Origin: Adineta vaga
Lineage: Eukaryota > Animalia > Rotifera
Direction of reading: 5' to 3'
DNA length: 64,000 nucleotides
Assembly: GCA_021613535.1 (NCBI GenBank)
Contig: CP075494.1
Span: 9,300,001 to 9,364,000, forward strand
Notes under the pieces: model-generated
What the model was told of the DNA's origin: nothing
The model's database searches: none
The model's input: the letters and a program-made list of their open reading frames with translations, nothing else
Part shown: positions 1 through 12,594 of the stretch, piece after piece
Position numbering within the stretch: position 1 is the stretch's first letter
Layout: each line of letters begins with the position of its first letter
Made by a program: the position numbers and the translations under genes

Positions 1-1328
1 ACCCAACACGGTTTGTATATGCTAGTATGTTTTTTTTTCTTCCGAAAATCTATCGAACGAATCAAAAACGAATGTTTGGCAAATGATCGTTGGTTAGATG
101 ATCAAAACCAGATTTCTAACAAAATAATTTCGACTAAATATCCAATAACGTCTAAGAGAGATCGAGAAAAATCTACGTAAGTTACGCGTAAAAGATTTTC
201 TTTAACAACTACCATTGAACTAAAAAAATAACAACAATAATTATTATTTTCTGTTATAATTTTTTTAAAGTATTTTACGTCATCAATAATAAATTCTCAA
301 TGCCATTAAGGTTGTCCGTCCTGAAAATTAGTACACTCACCGAGTTCCATCTTTTACCAGTACGATGTTGTCAAGTCAAGATCACTTACTTATTATGTCA
401 ATCGTACGTACGAGTTAACGAACAGATGATTATAATTTCAACAATTCAAAAATGAAGTAACGAAGAATCTTCATCAGAAGAGAAAATGTACGAAATGATT
501 TTTGTCATGATTTTCTCGCACGAATTGTTACTTCTTTCGATAGAGGACGCTTATGTCTAATGATATCAAAATAAAAACTATATTGATCATTCTATATACA
601 TGTACACATAACATAAAATGAAAGAAAATACTTTGTCAACAAAAAATCGTTTCATAAGAAAAAAAGTATGATTAGATAGTTAACTCGAATACTATGATTA
701 TATCAAGTTCATTTATTCTAAGAATAGTAACTATGCGTATTCTTATGCTTGATGGATAGAGAGCAATCGATGAGGAACGATGTAACGTCCTTTCAAAGTA
801 TTCTTATTATTGGTTCATCGAAGATTTAAGTGATATATGACTATAATAATCATTATCAAGTTCTTAAATATATCCTTCAATGAAATTACTTTGTTTTCTT
901 TTTCTTAAGTACATAAAATATTCGATGTTTTATATTCAATTTAAATTTTCAACTAACAATTAATTTACATTGAACACGGCATGAAAATCTATAACGGTCC
1001 ACTGATAGATCATCTAGACATCGTTAGATGAATTTTGTTGGTTATTTTAGTCTTTCATCTAACGATCATTACTAGTCAAATTATGCATCTCTCAAAGAGC
1101 GGAATCTAATAATATATGATCATTATTTTCCGGTATATATTATCTCTATGAGATTCCTGTTATTTGAAAAGAATCTTTTTTGCGGTCTTCAAATGACTGA
1201 GTAAGAAGTATCATTTTTTTTCTTTTTCTTTGAACTATCCAGACCTTTCATTTCTATTTTAGTGTTAATACTCATCGGTTCTCACATATTCATCACATCC
1301 GTCTTATACAGAGATAAAAATTATTGAA

Positions 1329-3149
1329 ATGGAAAAGCAATGCTGTGTTGTGATTATTGGTGCAGGTATTGCTGGACTTTCATGTGCAAAATATTTGATT
1401 GAAAATGATATACAAGATTTTGTTATACTTGAAACCAATAATCAAATTGGTGGACGTTGCCAAACGATTAAATTAAGTATGGCTTTATTAAAAAGTTTAT
1501 ATATATATACTAATCAATGATTTTTGCTATTTTAGTGGATCAATCAATTGAATTAGGTACTGAACTATTACAAGGTAATTCAACAAATAATCCATTGTAT
1601 CAATTAGCTGAAGAACATCATTTATTCGATCAGAGTGACAGTAAGTTTTTTATCCTTGACTTCTTTCATGTTCAAAGTACAAATGTATCTCTATCAGCCA
1701 GTAATTATCCGTAATTAAAGGATCCAGGTTGACTATTTCTCTTTTCATCTAGGTGGATTTGATCGAGATGATTGTTATCATGATGAAGATGGCGAATCAA
1801 TTGATGAAGATATTATAAATGAAATTCGAACCATTTATGATGAAATTTTAGAGAAGAAAGTACCAACATATCCATATGAAAATTATCCTGATTTATCATT
1901 AGGCGAATTTATTTTAACAGAATTTGATCAATATTTTCAATTGAAAAAGGTTGCATTAGATAAAAATGAAATTGATCAAAGAGAAAAAGTTATTGATTGG
2001 CTAAGTAAACAACATCCAATTTTAAATGGAATTGGTTGTGAGAAATTAATGGATGTTTCAGTTCAAGGTAAATGAATATTTAGTTCGATTTTGACAGTTT
2101 TTCACATTATTTCTGTATTATTCGAGGCTGGATTTCGTTTGAACGTCTATCAACAGATGAAGAATCCCATAATGTTGACAAATACATTCAAGATGGCTTC
2201 TCAAATTTTTTACAAACGATTTTTGAAAACAAAATTACAACAGAAAAAATTCATTTGAATTCGAAAGTCAAACGTATTACTATTCACGAAGCAAATCAAT
2301 CGGTTAGTATTGAAGTCATTGACCAAAATCATGAAACCATAACCTATCAAGCAAAACATGTTGTTTGTACCCAATCAATTGGTTGTTTAAAGAAAACAAT
2401 GCACGAAATGTTTGTACCACCATTACCATATTCAAAACAAATCTCAATTGAAAAACTCGGTTTTGGAACAATCAATAAAGTATAGTTTCATTCATTGTCT
2501 TGTTGTTTTGTGTTCTTATTTGTTTTCTTCAAGATCTATTTGATTTTTTCTCAACCATTTTGGGATGTTGATTTTAATTCATTCAACTTTCTATGGAAAT
2601 CAAATACCGAATGGAAATTAACTTGTCTGAAAAATACAGCATATGATGTAAGTTCAATTCTTTGCATGATTATCTTTTTTCAAAAACGAAATTCTCGTTC
2701 TTATGTCTTTGTTTTAGAGCCAATGGTATAAAAGTATAACAGGCTTTTATGTTCACCATAATTTATCCAATACCCTCGTTACACAAATTGGAGGCGAAGC
2801 TGGCAAATATATCGAAACTATTCCAGATGAAATACTATCCAATTGTTTTCAAGAATTGTTTTGCCGTTTCTATCCGGACATTCAAATACCAAAACCGAAT
2901 AAATTAATTCGATCACAATGGTTTAATAACACATCTACCTATGGTTCACATACATTTATTGCATTAGGTTCAACTATACATGATATCAAAAGATTAGCAC
3001 TACCATGGCCAAATAAACCAACGGAACCGCTCGTTCTTTTTGCAGGTGAAGGAACACATGAAAGATTTTATGGAACAGCACATGGAGCTTTTCTAACGGG
3101 TATACGAGAAGCAAAACGAATAGTTGAATTGTATAAAAATAATATATGA
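1329..3149 (+). CDS. Flavin-containing amine oxidase (spermine/polyamine oxidase family), multi-exon
   Basis: N-terminal FAD motif IIGAGIAGLSCA..GGR, ELGTELLQG, KLGFGTINK and C-terminal LFAGEGTHERFYGTAHGAFLTGIREA. Exons join across short GT-AG introns. Confidence 0.9.
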
Positions 3150-3224
3150 AGAAATAAAATATCATTTTGGAAAGTAATAAGAACTGAGGAAGCATGTGAT
3201 CAAATTTTCTTTTTGTTTTTTAAC

Positions 3225-4045
3225 TTAAAAAGTACAACTAACTTTCAACGATATATGCTCCACTATTATCCATGACCTGTCGCCAACGCTAGGGTAAAGA
3301 AAGGATCCCATTTTCGTAGAAGTCCTGGGATTTTTCGCCAAAGTAGTTGAGCAGATCCATTTATAGGTCGTTCTCGTCGTCGAATTATTTTTGCTTAAAT
3401 AATTCGATAAAGAGTGAAACAAGTGGTAGTCTGTAGGAGCCAAGTCTGGTGAGTAAGGGGGATGTGGAACCGTGACCCTTACGAGCTTCAATAATTTTTC
3501 ACGCGTCGACTTTGCAATGTGGGATCTGGCGCTGTCATGCAAGAAATTAGTTCTGTGTTGCTTCCCCCTGAAGTTTTGTTGCAACTTGGTCCCATTGCTG
3601 ACAATAGATATCAGCAGTGATTGTGCAACCAGCTGGAATGAGTTCCCAATGAATAATTCCTTTTACACTCTACCAAACACTCAGCATAATCTTCTTTGAA
3701 TGAAAGTCACTTTTGGGTGTTGCTACACCTGTTTCTCCCGCTCCCAGCCACTGTCGCTTGTGCGTGTGGTTAACATATAATACCCACTTCTCATCCTCAG
3801 TAATAACATTGTGGAGCCATTGGTAGTTGCGATGAGATGTCATTAATTCCATACAAGCGACAATCCTATGTTGAAGCTGATGTGCTGACAACTCATGTGG
3901 TATCCGAACACCATATATTCACGTTTTGCCTAATTCATGAAGATGTGTTTCCACTGTAACATGGGAGCATCCAAGTTGTTCTGCTAAACATTGTGTTGTC
4001 AACTGAGGATCTTCTTCGATAAGCTACTTTAATCCATCCATATCC
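3225..4045 (-). mobile_element. Degenerate mariner (Tc1/mariner) transposase remnant, 5'-truncated and frameshifted
   Basis: VITEDEKWVLYVN, KIMLSVW, FLHDSARSH and HPPYSPDLAPTDYHLF mariner motifs are spread over several frames. No TIRs were recognisable. Confidence 0.93.
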
Positions 4046-4054
4046 GCCTGCAGT

Positions 4055-4097
4055 TCTGATTTAGTAAAATAAATTTCAATACAAGTTTTTCTAATAA
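4055..4097 (+). repeat. ~43-bp imperfect direct repeat, copy 1 (copy 2 at 5476-5518)
   Basis: tctgatttagtaaaataaatttca..acaagttttt(t)ctaata occurs at both places. Confidence 0.85.
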
Positions 4098-4681
4098 TTT
4101 TTCTAATTTGCTTAGGTACTTGGAATAGGTCTGATACTTCTGGGATGGATAGAATTTATTATTCTGCATCGAATGGTATAGGTTGAGAGGGGGGAGGTTA
4201 TTGACCAAGAACCAGGGATTTCACCCAAAATACTGGGCAAATGGATGACTACACCCAGTAAGCCTTGCTGATATTCCCTTTGAGAGTTGGAATAATTACA
4301 TGCGAAATGTTTCCGTATGAATGACAACATAGTATTTTCATTGCTATAATCTTTTGTAAAAGAAGATTTTATACAACTGTAAGTTACGGAAATCCTTAAA
4401 AATCAGTTTCAATGTAAATTTGTACGTTTAAATAATTGTAGATGTCATATGTTCTATACTTTTCATGTGGTAGATTAGAAAAGTAGAACTTTTCCTGACA
4501 TAGACTATTTGAAGCATCATCTAGTAACTGTTTGTATATTAGCTTTGTTACATCTTGTTACAGACCGTCAAAATATTTGAGTTATATATAGATCGGATTG
4601 AAAGAATGGATGTTATGACATTTCTCTGTTAATCTTAAGCAATTAATGTAAAGAAAATGTAGATATTATTGTGATGCTATC

Positions 4682-4916
4682 CCCAGGACGGACGTTCCGG
4701 CCTCCGGATCCGAAAGGAACCTTCCAGAAATCACGCCTTTCTGAGGATATTCCGGACAGTTCCAGCTAGTTCCAAAAGGTTCCGACTGGAACTTACTGGA
4801 AGTTAGTTAGAAGCGAGTGGAAAAGTCCGAAAATATCTGGTTCGGAATCCTGCTTCCATGAAATTGCCGGAATGTTCTGGTTTCGACCGGATCCGGCTCG
4901 GATTTTTCGACCTGGG
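4682..4916. mobile_element. 235-bp GC-rich non-autonomous DNA element (MITE) with CCCAGG...CCTGGG termini and 2-bp TSD (TC)
   Basis: tc|CCCAGGACG...TCGACCTGGG|tc, with many internal TTCC/GGAA/CCGG motifs. GC-rich in an AT-rich background. Confidence 0.85.
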
Positions 4917-5729
4917 TCAACATATAAGTTGTCGTTAGTGATTCTAATTATGTGTTCAAATGGATGGGTTTAATCAAAAACACAGAAATATGAACAGACT
5001 TGTTTACATGAATAAAAAACAATCAAATCAGAATATAGAGAAAAGAAAAGATATCGAGATATATAAAACTGCGGCTGAGTGAAAGAAGAGAAAAATGTAT
5101 ATACATCATATGTAATACAAGAAAGATCGATATATATATCATTAAATTAAGAAAAAGTAAGATTCATCATGTATCTCGAGGGGTGTTCAGAGCGTGATGA
5201 GAGTAAGACTTAATATCGATGAACATTTAACAGAAATCCAAATGAATAAATCTTAAAAATGACTTTATTAAATCTATAAAGAAAACTTTTTATTTTATAA
5301 TAAAATAAATATTTTCAACAAAGCAGCGATAATTTATCGATGATAAATATTGAAAATTATTTGGCCGATATTCTACGTCATATAAAATAACGTCTTATAC
5401 TGTGTAACATAATTATTTGGATCAAACAGTTTTTTTACAAAGACAGAATGAATACATACATGCGTGAATATATCCTCTGATTTAGTAAAATAAATTTCAG
5501 CCACAAGTTTTTTCTAATATTTTCGATCACAATAGATATCGGAATTACACCATAGCTGAACGATTTCCTTACACGCAATTGTTACGTTCTGTGCAGCAAT
5601 CTATGTACGATTAAAAATAAAAGAAACAACAAACTGTACATTGGATCGTCTATCTTTGTGTTTCAACATCTTGATTTGAAGGTGAAGACACATGTTATTC
5701 TTAAAACTATAATAATAACAATAATACTG

Positions 5730-6613
5730 ATTTTTAGATATTTTTCTCTAATCGAAGTTTGAATAATCCCAGGTCGAAAAATCCGAGCCGGATCCCGCCG
5801 GATCCAGAACATCGTCCTGGGATTCATGGCATCGACATCGGCTTTGGTTAAAATTAAGTAATGGTTTATTTAATAAATGAACGTAATTACGAAGAAGTAG
5901 TTGCTGAACAAATTTTATAATGCTGCTATTGATTTATATCATCAACTATTAACAATTATCGATTTCAATACATTCAGATCGATACAGGATGAAGTTCTCA
6001 CGTCACTCTTGATCATTATCAGAGAAAACTTTGAATTAAACAATTCATTTAAGTAAGTATTATGAATTCATGGTTCAGAATATTCCTTAAAAAAGAACAA
6101 CTATATCTTGTTGCCTCTTCACATTTTCCCCCATACATTTCGTGTATATAATATACTGAACAATGAATTAGTATATCATTCAAAATGAAAATAAGAATAA
6201 ATCATAACAATGCAGAGAAATAATCAAAACTAAATACTTTTTTTCTTTAGATTCCACATGTCTGTTATTCTCTATTTGGTTTTTTCATGTGAAAACGTCA
6301 ATTGTACATCGGTATTTTATGATTGGGTTGCATTTAAAGCTTAAGTAAAGGATACTGAAGATGGCATCGACTTTTTAATCTATATATTAACTGAAGTTCG
6401 AAATTATATTGTAAGAGTATTAGATTTCTACAGTTTATCACATTGTTTTCTATTATTTAGGAACAAAATAATCTAATACTAACAGATCATATTCGAGATA
6501 CTTTAAAAACGTTAAATTGAAATATTAATTTACTTCGAAAAAAATCAAAATCTTTAGATGCAACAGAACAACAAATGATAAATGAGGCACGTGAAAAACA
6601 AATTTTTAACTAA
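5730..6613 (+). pseudogene. Decayed multi-exon gene fragment of unknown family
   Basis: Exon-like segments bounded by gtaag/ttag: FYNAAIDLYHQLLTIIDF... and EQNNLILTDHIRDTLKTLN*NINLLRKKSK..QIFN*. In-frame TGA at 6518 and a MITE insertion at 5768. Confidence 0.5.
5768..5821. mobile_element. 54-bp internally deleted copy of the same MITE, opposite orientation, 2-bp TSD (AT)
   Basis: at|CCCAGGTCGAAAAATCCGAGCCGGATCC...CGTCCTGGG|at. Its left end is the reverse complement of the right end of 4682-4916. Confidence 0.85.
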
Positions 6614-7620
6614 ACTTTTACAATTGAAAATCTGTATATTTCAGATTCACAATCGATTCAATGTATGTTTGTTAGTATTTATTCCAAATATATTTAAAAT
6701 TAAAAAAATTTCGGGTTTTTTTTTTCTAGAAAAGAATTAAATATTGTTTTATCGGTAAGTTATTGGTGTGAGACTCCTATTAGTATCTATTAAATTTGAG
6801 AAGAATAAATTTCAAAATGATTCAAGAACTTTTAAACATTCTTTAATACCATTTTTTATATTTTATATTTATAGGATGAAAGCGATGCATCAAGCAGCTC
6901 AAATGAACGTGCTCCAATGTATTAAAATTCGTTCTTAAACATTTTATTAAAGTTGTCAAAAAAATAGTAGAATCACTTTATCTTCCTTTACTATCAACTA
7001 CCTTCCAAGACTTGTTTTGCGATGTTTATTAAGATCTTTCAATACATCTCAGCATTCTTTTCTTGCGAACAGAAAAGAACAACCCAGGACCACCAATCCC
7101 ATACTCGAATCCTAGTAACGTGAACCCATGATTTCCACCATATTCCGGCAGAATCCAACGAATTCCGACATAAATCTTAAAATGAATATTATGAACAACT
7201 AAAAGACGCATTAGATGAACGTGAAACACGATATTCAAACTATTTGACTCTATTTATTAATATATATTATCTAACTCAGTAAAATTCGTATTTTTGAACC
7301 GTTCACATTTTAACCAGACCGTATTTTTCTTATTTCATACCTCATAAATCAATCAGAGAGTATCATAATCAAAATTCTACGGCATCCACAACCTTGACAA
7401 CCATAGCGACGCAACAGTCAGCGTTCTGCAAAAACCAACACATAGCACAACAACAGATATTCTCCTTTGTCGTATTTTAAAAGCACAAATTCCCACCAAA
7501 AACATCTGCTTAGCTAATATAAATGCCAGCTTCGTGCATTCTGCAAAAAAACAAGACCTACTGATGTACAAATACTGCTTATGAAAATAATTAACACTGT
7601 TCATGGGAAATATGGTCTTT

Positions 7621-8331
7621 AGAACAATTTGGCTATATATTGATTGAACATTTTATTTTCATCATGTTATACTGTTTGCTTGGGTAACAATTGAAAGACA
7701 TATTCTGATCTTTCATAACCATCTCGTATCCACGAGAAAGAAACGTATTCTTATTCATTATCTTCCTCCAATTCTTATAACTATCTACATTTTCACATAT
7801 CAGACAATAATCTTCTTTGGTTTTCCGTGTGAGAATCATTTCGACAGCATACAAATCTCATTTAACTATCCTTGCAGTCACGACATCAATGCGGTTAATT
7901 TATTTGATCTTATAACCCATGCAATAGTTCCTACCTTCACTATTGTTTTTTCTAGTATTTTTCTCTTAATACGTAGTTTATGGCAAAGACATAAGATGCG
8001 AAGACAAATTCAGTGGCGACAATATCTACAGATGATAGTTCAAGTGTCAATGATTTCAACTATATATTTATTGTTCACGTTTCTTTTAATGATTGCAATA
8101 CTTCTCCTGATATGTGGCATGACATCAGATTTCGGTACTCAATTGTACAGTCGTAGCATGTATATCTCTTATTATACATTGCTCCTCTTTCCAATTGTCA
8201 CGATGGAATCAATACCAACAATACGAGGGAAAATCAGGAGTATTTTAAGATTACATCGACGACGAAATGCTGTTCATCCAGCAGATTTAGTCATGAGTAA
8301 TAGGACCGATAGAGATGCAACAATCCGATAA
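7621..8331 (+). pseudogene. 5'-truncated rhodopsin-like 7TM GPCR pseudogene, paralog of 57076-58056
   Basis: The frame upstream of ORF 7996 reads IWLYID*TFYFHHVILFAWVTIERHILIFHNHLVSTRKKRILIHYLP..FPCENHFD..RQIQWR. TGA at 7645, TM1-2 missing. Confidence 0.85.
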
Positions 8332-8838
8332 AAGTGGTCGTACGAAAATGAACATTATTATCACACAAAAACTCAAAATATAAACATTTTTCAATAAAGT
8401 TTTGATCACGAACGTACTTATTGGCAGACTATATTTACATCAGTCTTGACTTGATGTAAGGCATATGAGATAAGATTGGTAAACTATAATTTCATCATCT
8501 ATATGACTATATAAGTGTGTAGTGCCAATCTTCTTATGTATAATCTACTTACATTTGATTATTTTTAGTTCGTTGAAATAAAATACTGCAAGCATACTAT
8601 TAATGACAATGTTTTTTCAACCAAAACAGGAATGTAAACAATCTCTTCTCTTCTTAACATGAGCACATGAAACCCTTGGTGCAGTAGATGTCGTTAATTC
8701 AAAATAAAAGATGTCAATGTTAATATTAATTATATTACCAATATATCTGTACATAAAGAAGAGAACTTCTTAAATACATGATTAAATTCCTTTTTCTTTT
8801 TTTCTCTATTACTGATTAACTCTTTTCACCTGATCAGC

Positions 8839-8851
8839 GTTACTTAGCAAT
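8839..8851. promoter_or_regulatory. RFX X-box-like motif upstream of the ankyrin gene
   Basis: GTTACTTAGCAAT, one terminal mismatch to the X-box consensus. Confidence 0.35.
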
Positions 8852-9422
8852 CAGTTTGAGAGAAAAGTTCTCTATGGATTACAGTCGACATTGTTATGTT
8901 AACGTATGATGTGCTATAATATAAACATTCCGAGATCTATTTTAAAGTATTATACCTCTTTTCTATCTTTTCATAAGTTCATTTGAGCAACATTAGTTTG
9001 CATTATCCGTATGCATAGAGATATGATCTTTTTCCTCCTCGACGTCTTCATTTTGTGTGAATTTACATATGTCTAAAGAACTTTGACAGTTAGCTAAAGT
9101 CACATCATCATTGCGCATGATATAAATGATTAATTAAGAGATAGTACAAAGCAGAAACAAAAAATATTAAGAAGAAGAAGAAGAAGAAGAAGAAATCGAT
9201 CGTTCATGTATGTGAATAAAGGTGAATAGTATCTATGAAACATGAACACAAGGTAAAGAACATGGGGAGGTCAACCAGATAGGAAGAAAAAAAAAGATAC
9301 TATGGGCTATGTTGTTGACGACAGACTGTAATAGAGGTCAATATTATTTATAAAAGAGACTTTTGATTATGTATGTATTAAGAATACAGAATTTTTATAA
9401 TGATTTGTTCTAGTATATTTTA

Positions 9423-12162
9423 ATGACTAGTTTAACTCGAAATAAACGACGAACTAAATTAGTTACTCCAGCTAATACATCATTTTCTAATTGTGTACAT
9501 GATCAGTTATTTGTTCAACCATTACGAGGATCTCTCGATCAATTCAAACCTGTAGTTTATTTGGATGAACATGGACGTCGGCATGGTCGTGTTAGTGATC
9601 ATCTCTTACAACGACAAATTGAAAGTGATCGACAAAAATTAAAACAACAATCAAAACCAAAGGTGCCTATATCATCAAATTTATATGGAATTCGAAATCC
9701 AAATATTGTTGCCTTAGTAAAAGACGTGCCTGCCGATGACAAAGATAGTGATGAGGATAATGATAATGAAAACAACACAACGGTAACTAGTGATGAAGTC
9801 AAGATGATTGAATATAAGAAACCTCCCAGTATTAGAGCATCAGCAACAAATAAACGACAAACATCATCCACTAGTGGCAAACAATCAGTTCGATTTGATA
9901 GTACATCATTCGCAACTACAACAAAACTTGTGGATAGTCATTTAAGTGGATTAGATGATGCTAATACAATTGATGGAAGAGATGATGATGAAGAACAAGA
10001 AGAAGATCTTCACTCTAGTAAACCAGAGGTAAATCTTAATATAATAAAATAGTTTTATTATGTTTATTTACATCTGTTCTATTTTTTTTGAAGAGTAATC
10101 ATGATGTAAATTCTCACGAACAGACTACGAAATCACCATTGAATCCTACTGATAAAGCCTCGACACCAAAAACTAATGATAATATGAAGTCAATGAATTC
10201 ATCTCGTGAATCACAACGAACACATTTGCCACCTAGCGTTGAAGATATTAATGATGTAGAAGAACAAAGAAAATCAACTGATAGAATATCTTCATCTAGA
10301 GCTACACAACGACAAAAACAATCACCTGTCTCTAGTGAAAAAAGAGATGAACGTATTAAATCTTCGTCATCTCGTCCAAAAACTGCCTTTTCATTACGAT
10401 CTCGTACTGAAACTGATGGAGGCAAATCATCTCGTGTCTCATCTGCATCAAGTTCATCTATAAATACATCGGCTTTATTACGTAGCGAAAATGATTCTCA
10501 ACATTTATCCGATGAAGACTTAGATAATGAAGAAGATCAAATAGTACCTCTTGAAACTCCAATAGAATCAGAACATACAAAGTCTCCAACCAACGATGTA
10601 GTAGATATTCTCGATGAAGAACCAATTTCACCTGAACCAGTGAACGCATTACAATTACGTAATGCAAAAGGTGAATATGATTCAAGTAAAGTTATTCAAT
10701 TGCGAGAATCATTTCAACCAATTATTAATGAGGCAGCTTCATATGGACATCTTGATGTTGTTCGACAATTAATTGAGGTTATTTACATGGTTTTAAATAC
10801 AAATTTCTCTCTCATATGTGATCTTTTTTACTTCTCTTTATAGAGTGGTCAAAGTGTACATACACAAAATCTATTGGAACGTACACCACTTCATGAAGCA
10901 TGTGCTAGTGGTAATAGTCAACTTGTTGCAGAATTATTGAACAATGGAGCACTGATTGATCAAAGAGATGCTCAAGGAATGACACCATTGCATGCTGCTG
11001 CTGGTCATGGTTCTACCAAATGTGTACGATTACTAACGGAAAAAGGTAAAAACAAAAGATAGTAGTGAGATAGAAAAATGCTATACTTAAATTATGATTA
11101 TTGTTCTTTTGTTTTCTCAAAATAATTCATATTTGTGTGCATTTTCTTATAGGATGTGATATTAATGCTCAAGATGATTTTGGTCGAACAGCTGTTCATT
11201 ATTGTGCAATGCATAATCATATCGATTCATTCAAATATCTGATTAATATGAAAACAATTGATTTAACTATTGCTACAAATGAATCTAAGTTATCGATTCA
11301 TTATGCTGCTAAAAATGGTGCAAGAAGTGTATTAAACTTTTGTTTTCAAGCAAATGTAATGATATATGTAACAGATATACATGGAAATACCATTGCACAT
11401 GAAGCAAGTGAATATGATCAACTTGATTGTGTTCGATTAATATGGAAAAAGAATCGAAATCTATTCCAATGTAAGAATAATCTTGGCCGAACACCGATGC
11501 ATATGGTTAGTTATTACAATTAATAGAATAGCTTCTATCGTTTCTCTTTTCTGATAATTGTAGGCTGCTTTATTTGGAGCTGCTAGTGTATTACATTGGT
11601 TATTAGAATTGAAAATAATCGATATCGATGTAGCAGACAGTAAGTATATACTTCAAATCTTAACGAGAGATTCGTATTTTCTTTCATTTTGTCATTAGAT
11701 GAGGGTTATACAATGGCTCATCTGGCGGCTAGTCGAGGTCATGCAGAATGTTTTGCTTGCTTATTAATACATAATGCTCCACTTGATTTGTACACATTTG
11801 ATCGACAGGAATCGGTCATCGGTGTAGCTCGACGAAGTGGTAAAGGAAATCGAATCGAACAAGCTCGTAAGTTTGATTTATTTTAGATGAAAAATAACTC
11901 ATCTTCCATTTTGACAGGTGTTGGTATCATTCGATGCTGTCAATGTGATGAAAAAGTTGCCAAAGAAAAGTACGAACAGACTCATGGTCGTACTGCTGTC
12001 GAACAACTGATTCATACACAAATCCAGCGTGGCTATAATTTAAGTATACCCACTACTCAATCTCCGATTAATATCAGGTTTCTATTAAGTAAAAAAGCAT
12101 ATATCTGACTATTCCCTCTCTTTCTCTTTTCAAATAGTGGATCCAATCGTTCGTCGACTTGA
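9423..12162 (+). CDS. Ankyrin-repeat protein with a long disordered Ser/acidic N-terminus, multi-exon
   Basis: Repeats EAASYGHLDVV, RTPLHEAC, MTPLHAAA, RTAVHYCA, NTIAHEAS, RTPMHM and YTMAHLAA. The spliced end reads ISGSNRSST*. Confidence 0.88.
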
Positions 12163-12594
12163 TTCAAACGACATTCTCTTTCTTTCTCTTTTTTTTTTTA
12201 CCAAAGTTACGTATTTGTTTTGTTTCTTACATTTTACATTCAACATACCAGTAATCATGCCATGTGCAGGTGTTTTTTTTTGCTTTCTATCTTCATACTT
12301 TTTTTTAATGTATTACACATTTTCTTACCTATGAGTAACGCTCCATCGTCCTTCAGAAGAGAAAGGACGAAACGATGCGGAACACTCTATCAAATAATCA
12401 CGAACATCGTGGTTTCTTTTTTTTCTACTAGTTTATATGTCATTCTTCCTTTCTAATTTGTACTTTTTCATAACTCAACCGAACTGATCATGATGCCAAA
12501 AGTAAAAATTCCTTAATACTCCGGTGTTCTTTTTTTTTGTAGATGTAATCTAACAAGCTTTGACTAATATTTGCATGAGCTTTTGATTTCGATT

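Noticed and set aside
1-480. Exon-like stretch ECLANDRWLDDQNQ.. followed by gtaag
   Set aside because: Possibly the tail of an upstream gene, but no consistent frame or family could be assigned.
7029-7604. Minus-strand ORFs 7029-7238 and 7377-7604
   Set aside because: No recognisable motif and ambiguous frame; may be a pseudogene fragment but cannot be supported.
9599-10685. Antisense ORFs over the ankyrin gene (similar ones at 36640, 49869 and 55271)
   Set aside because: Shadow frames of real coding exons.
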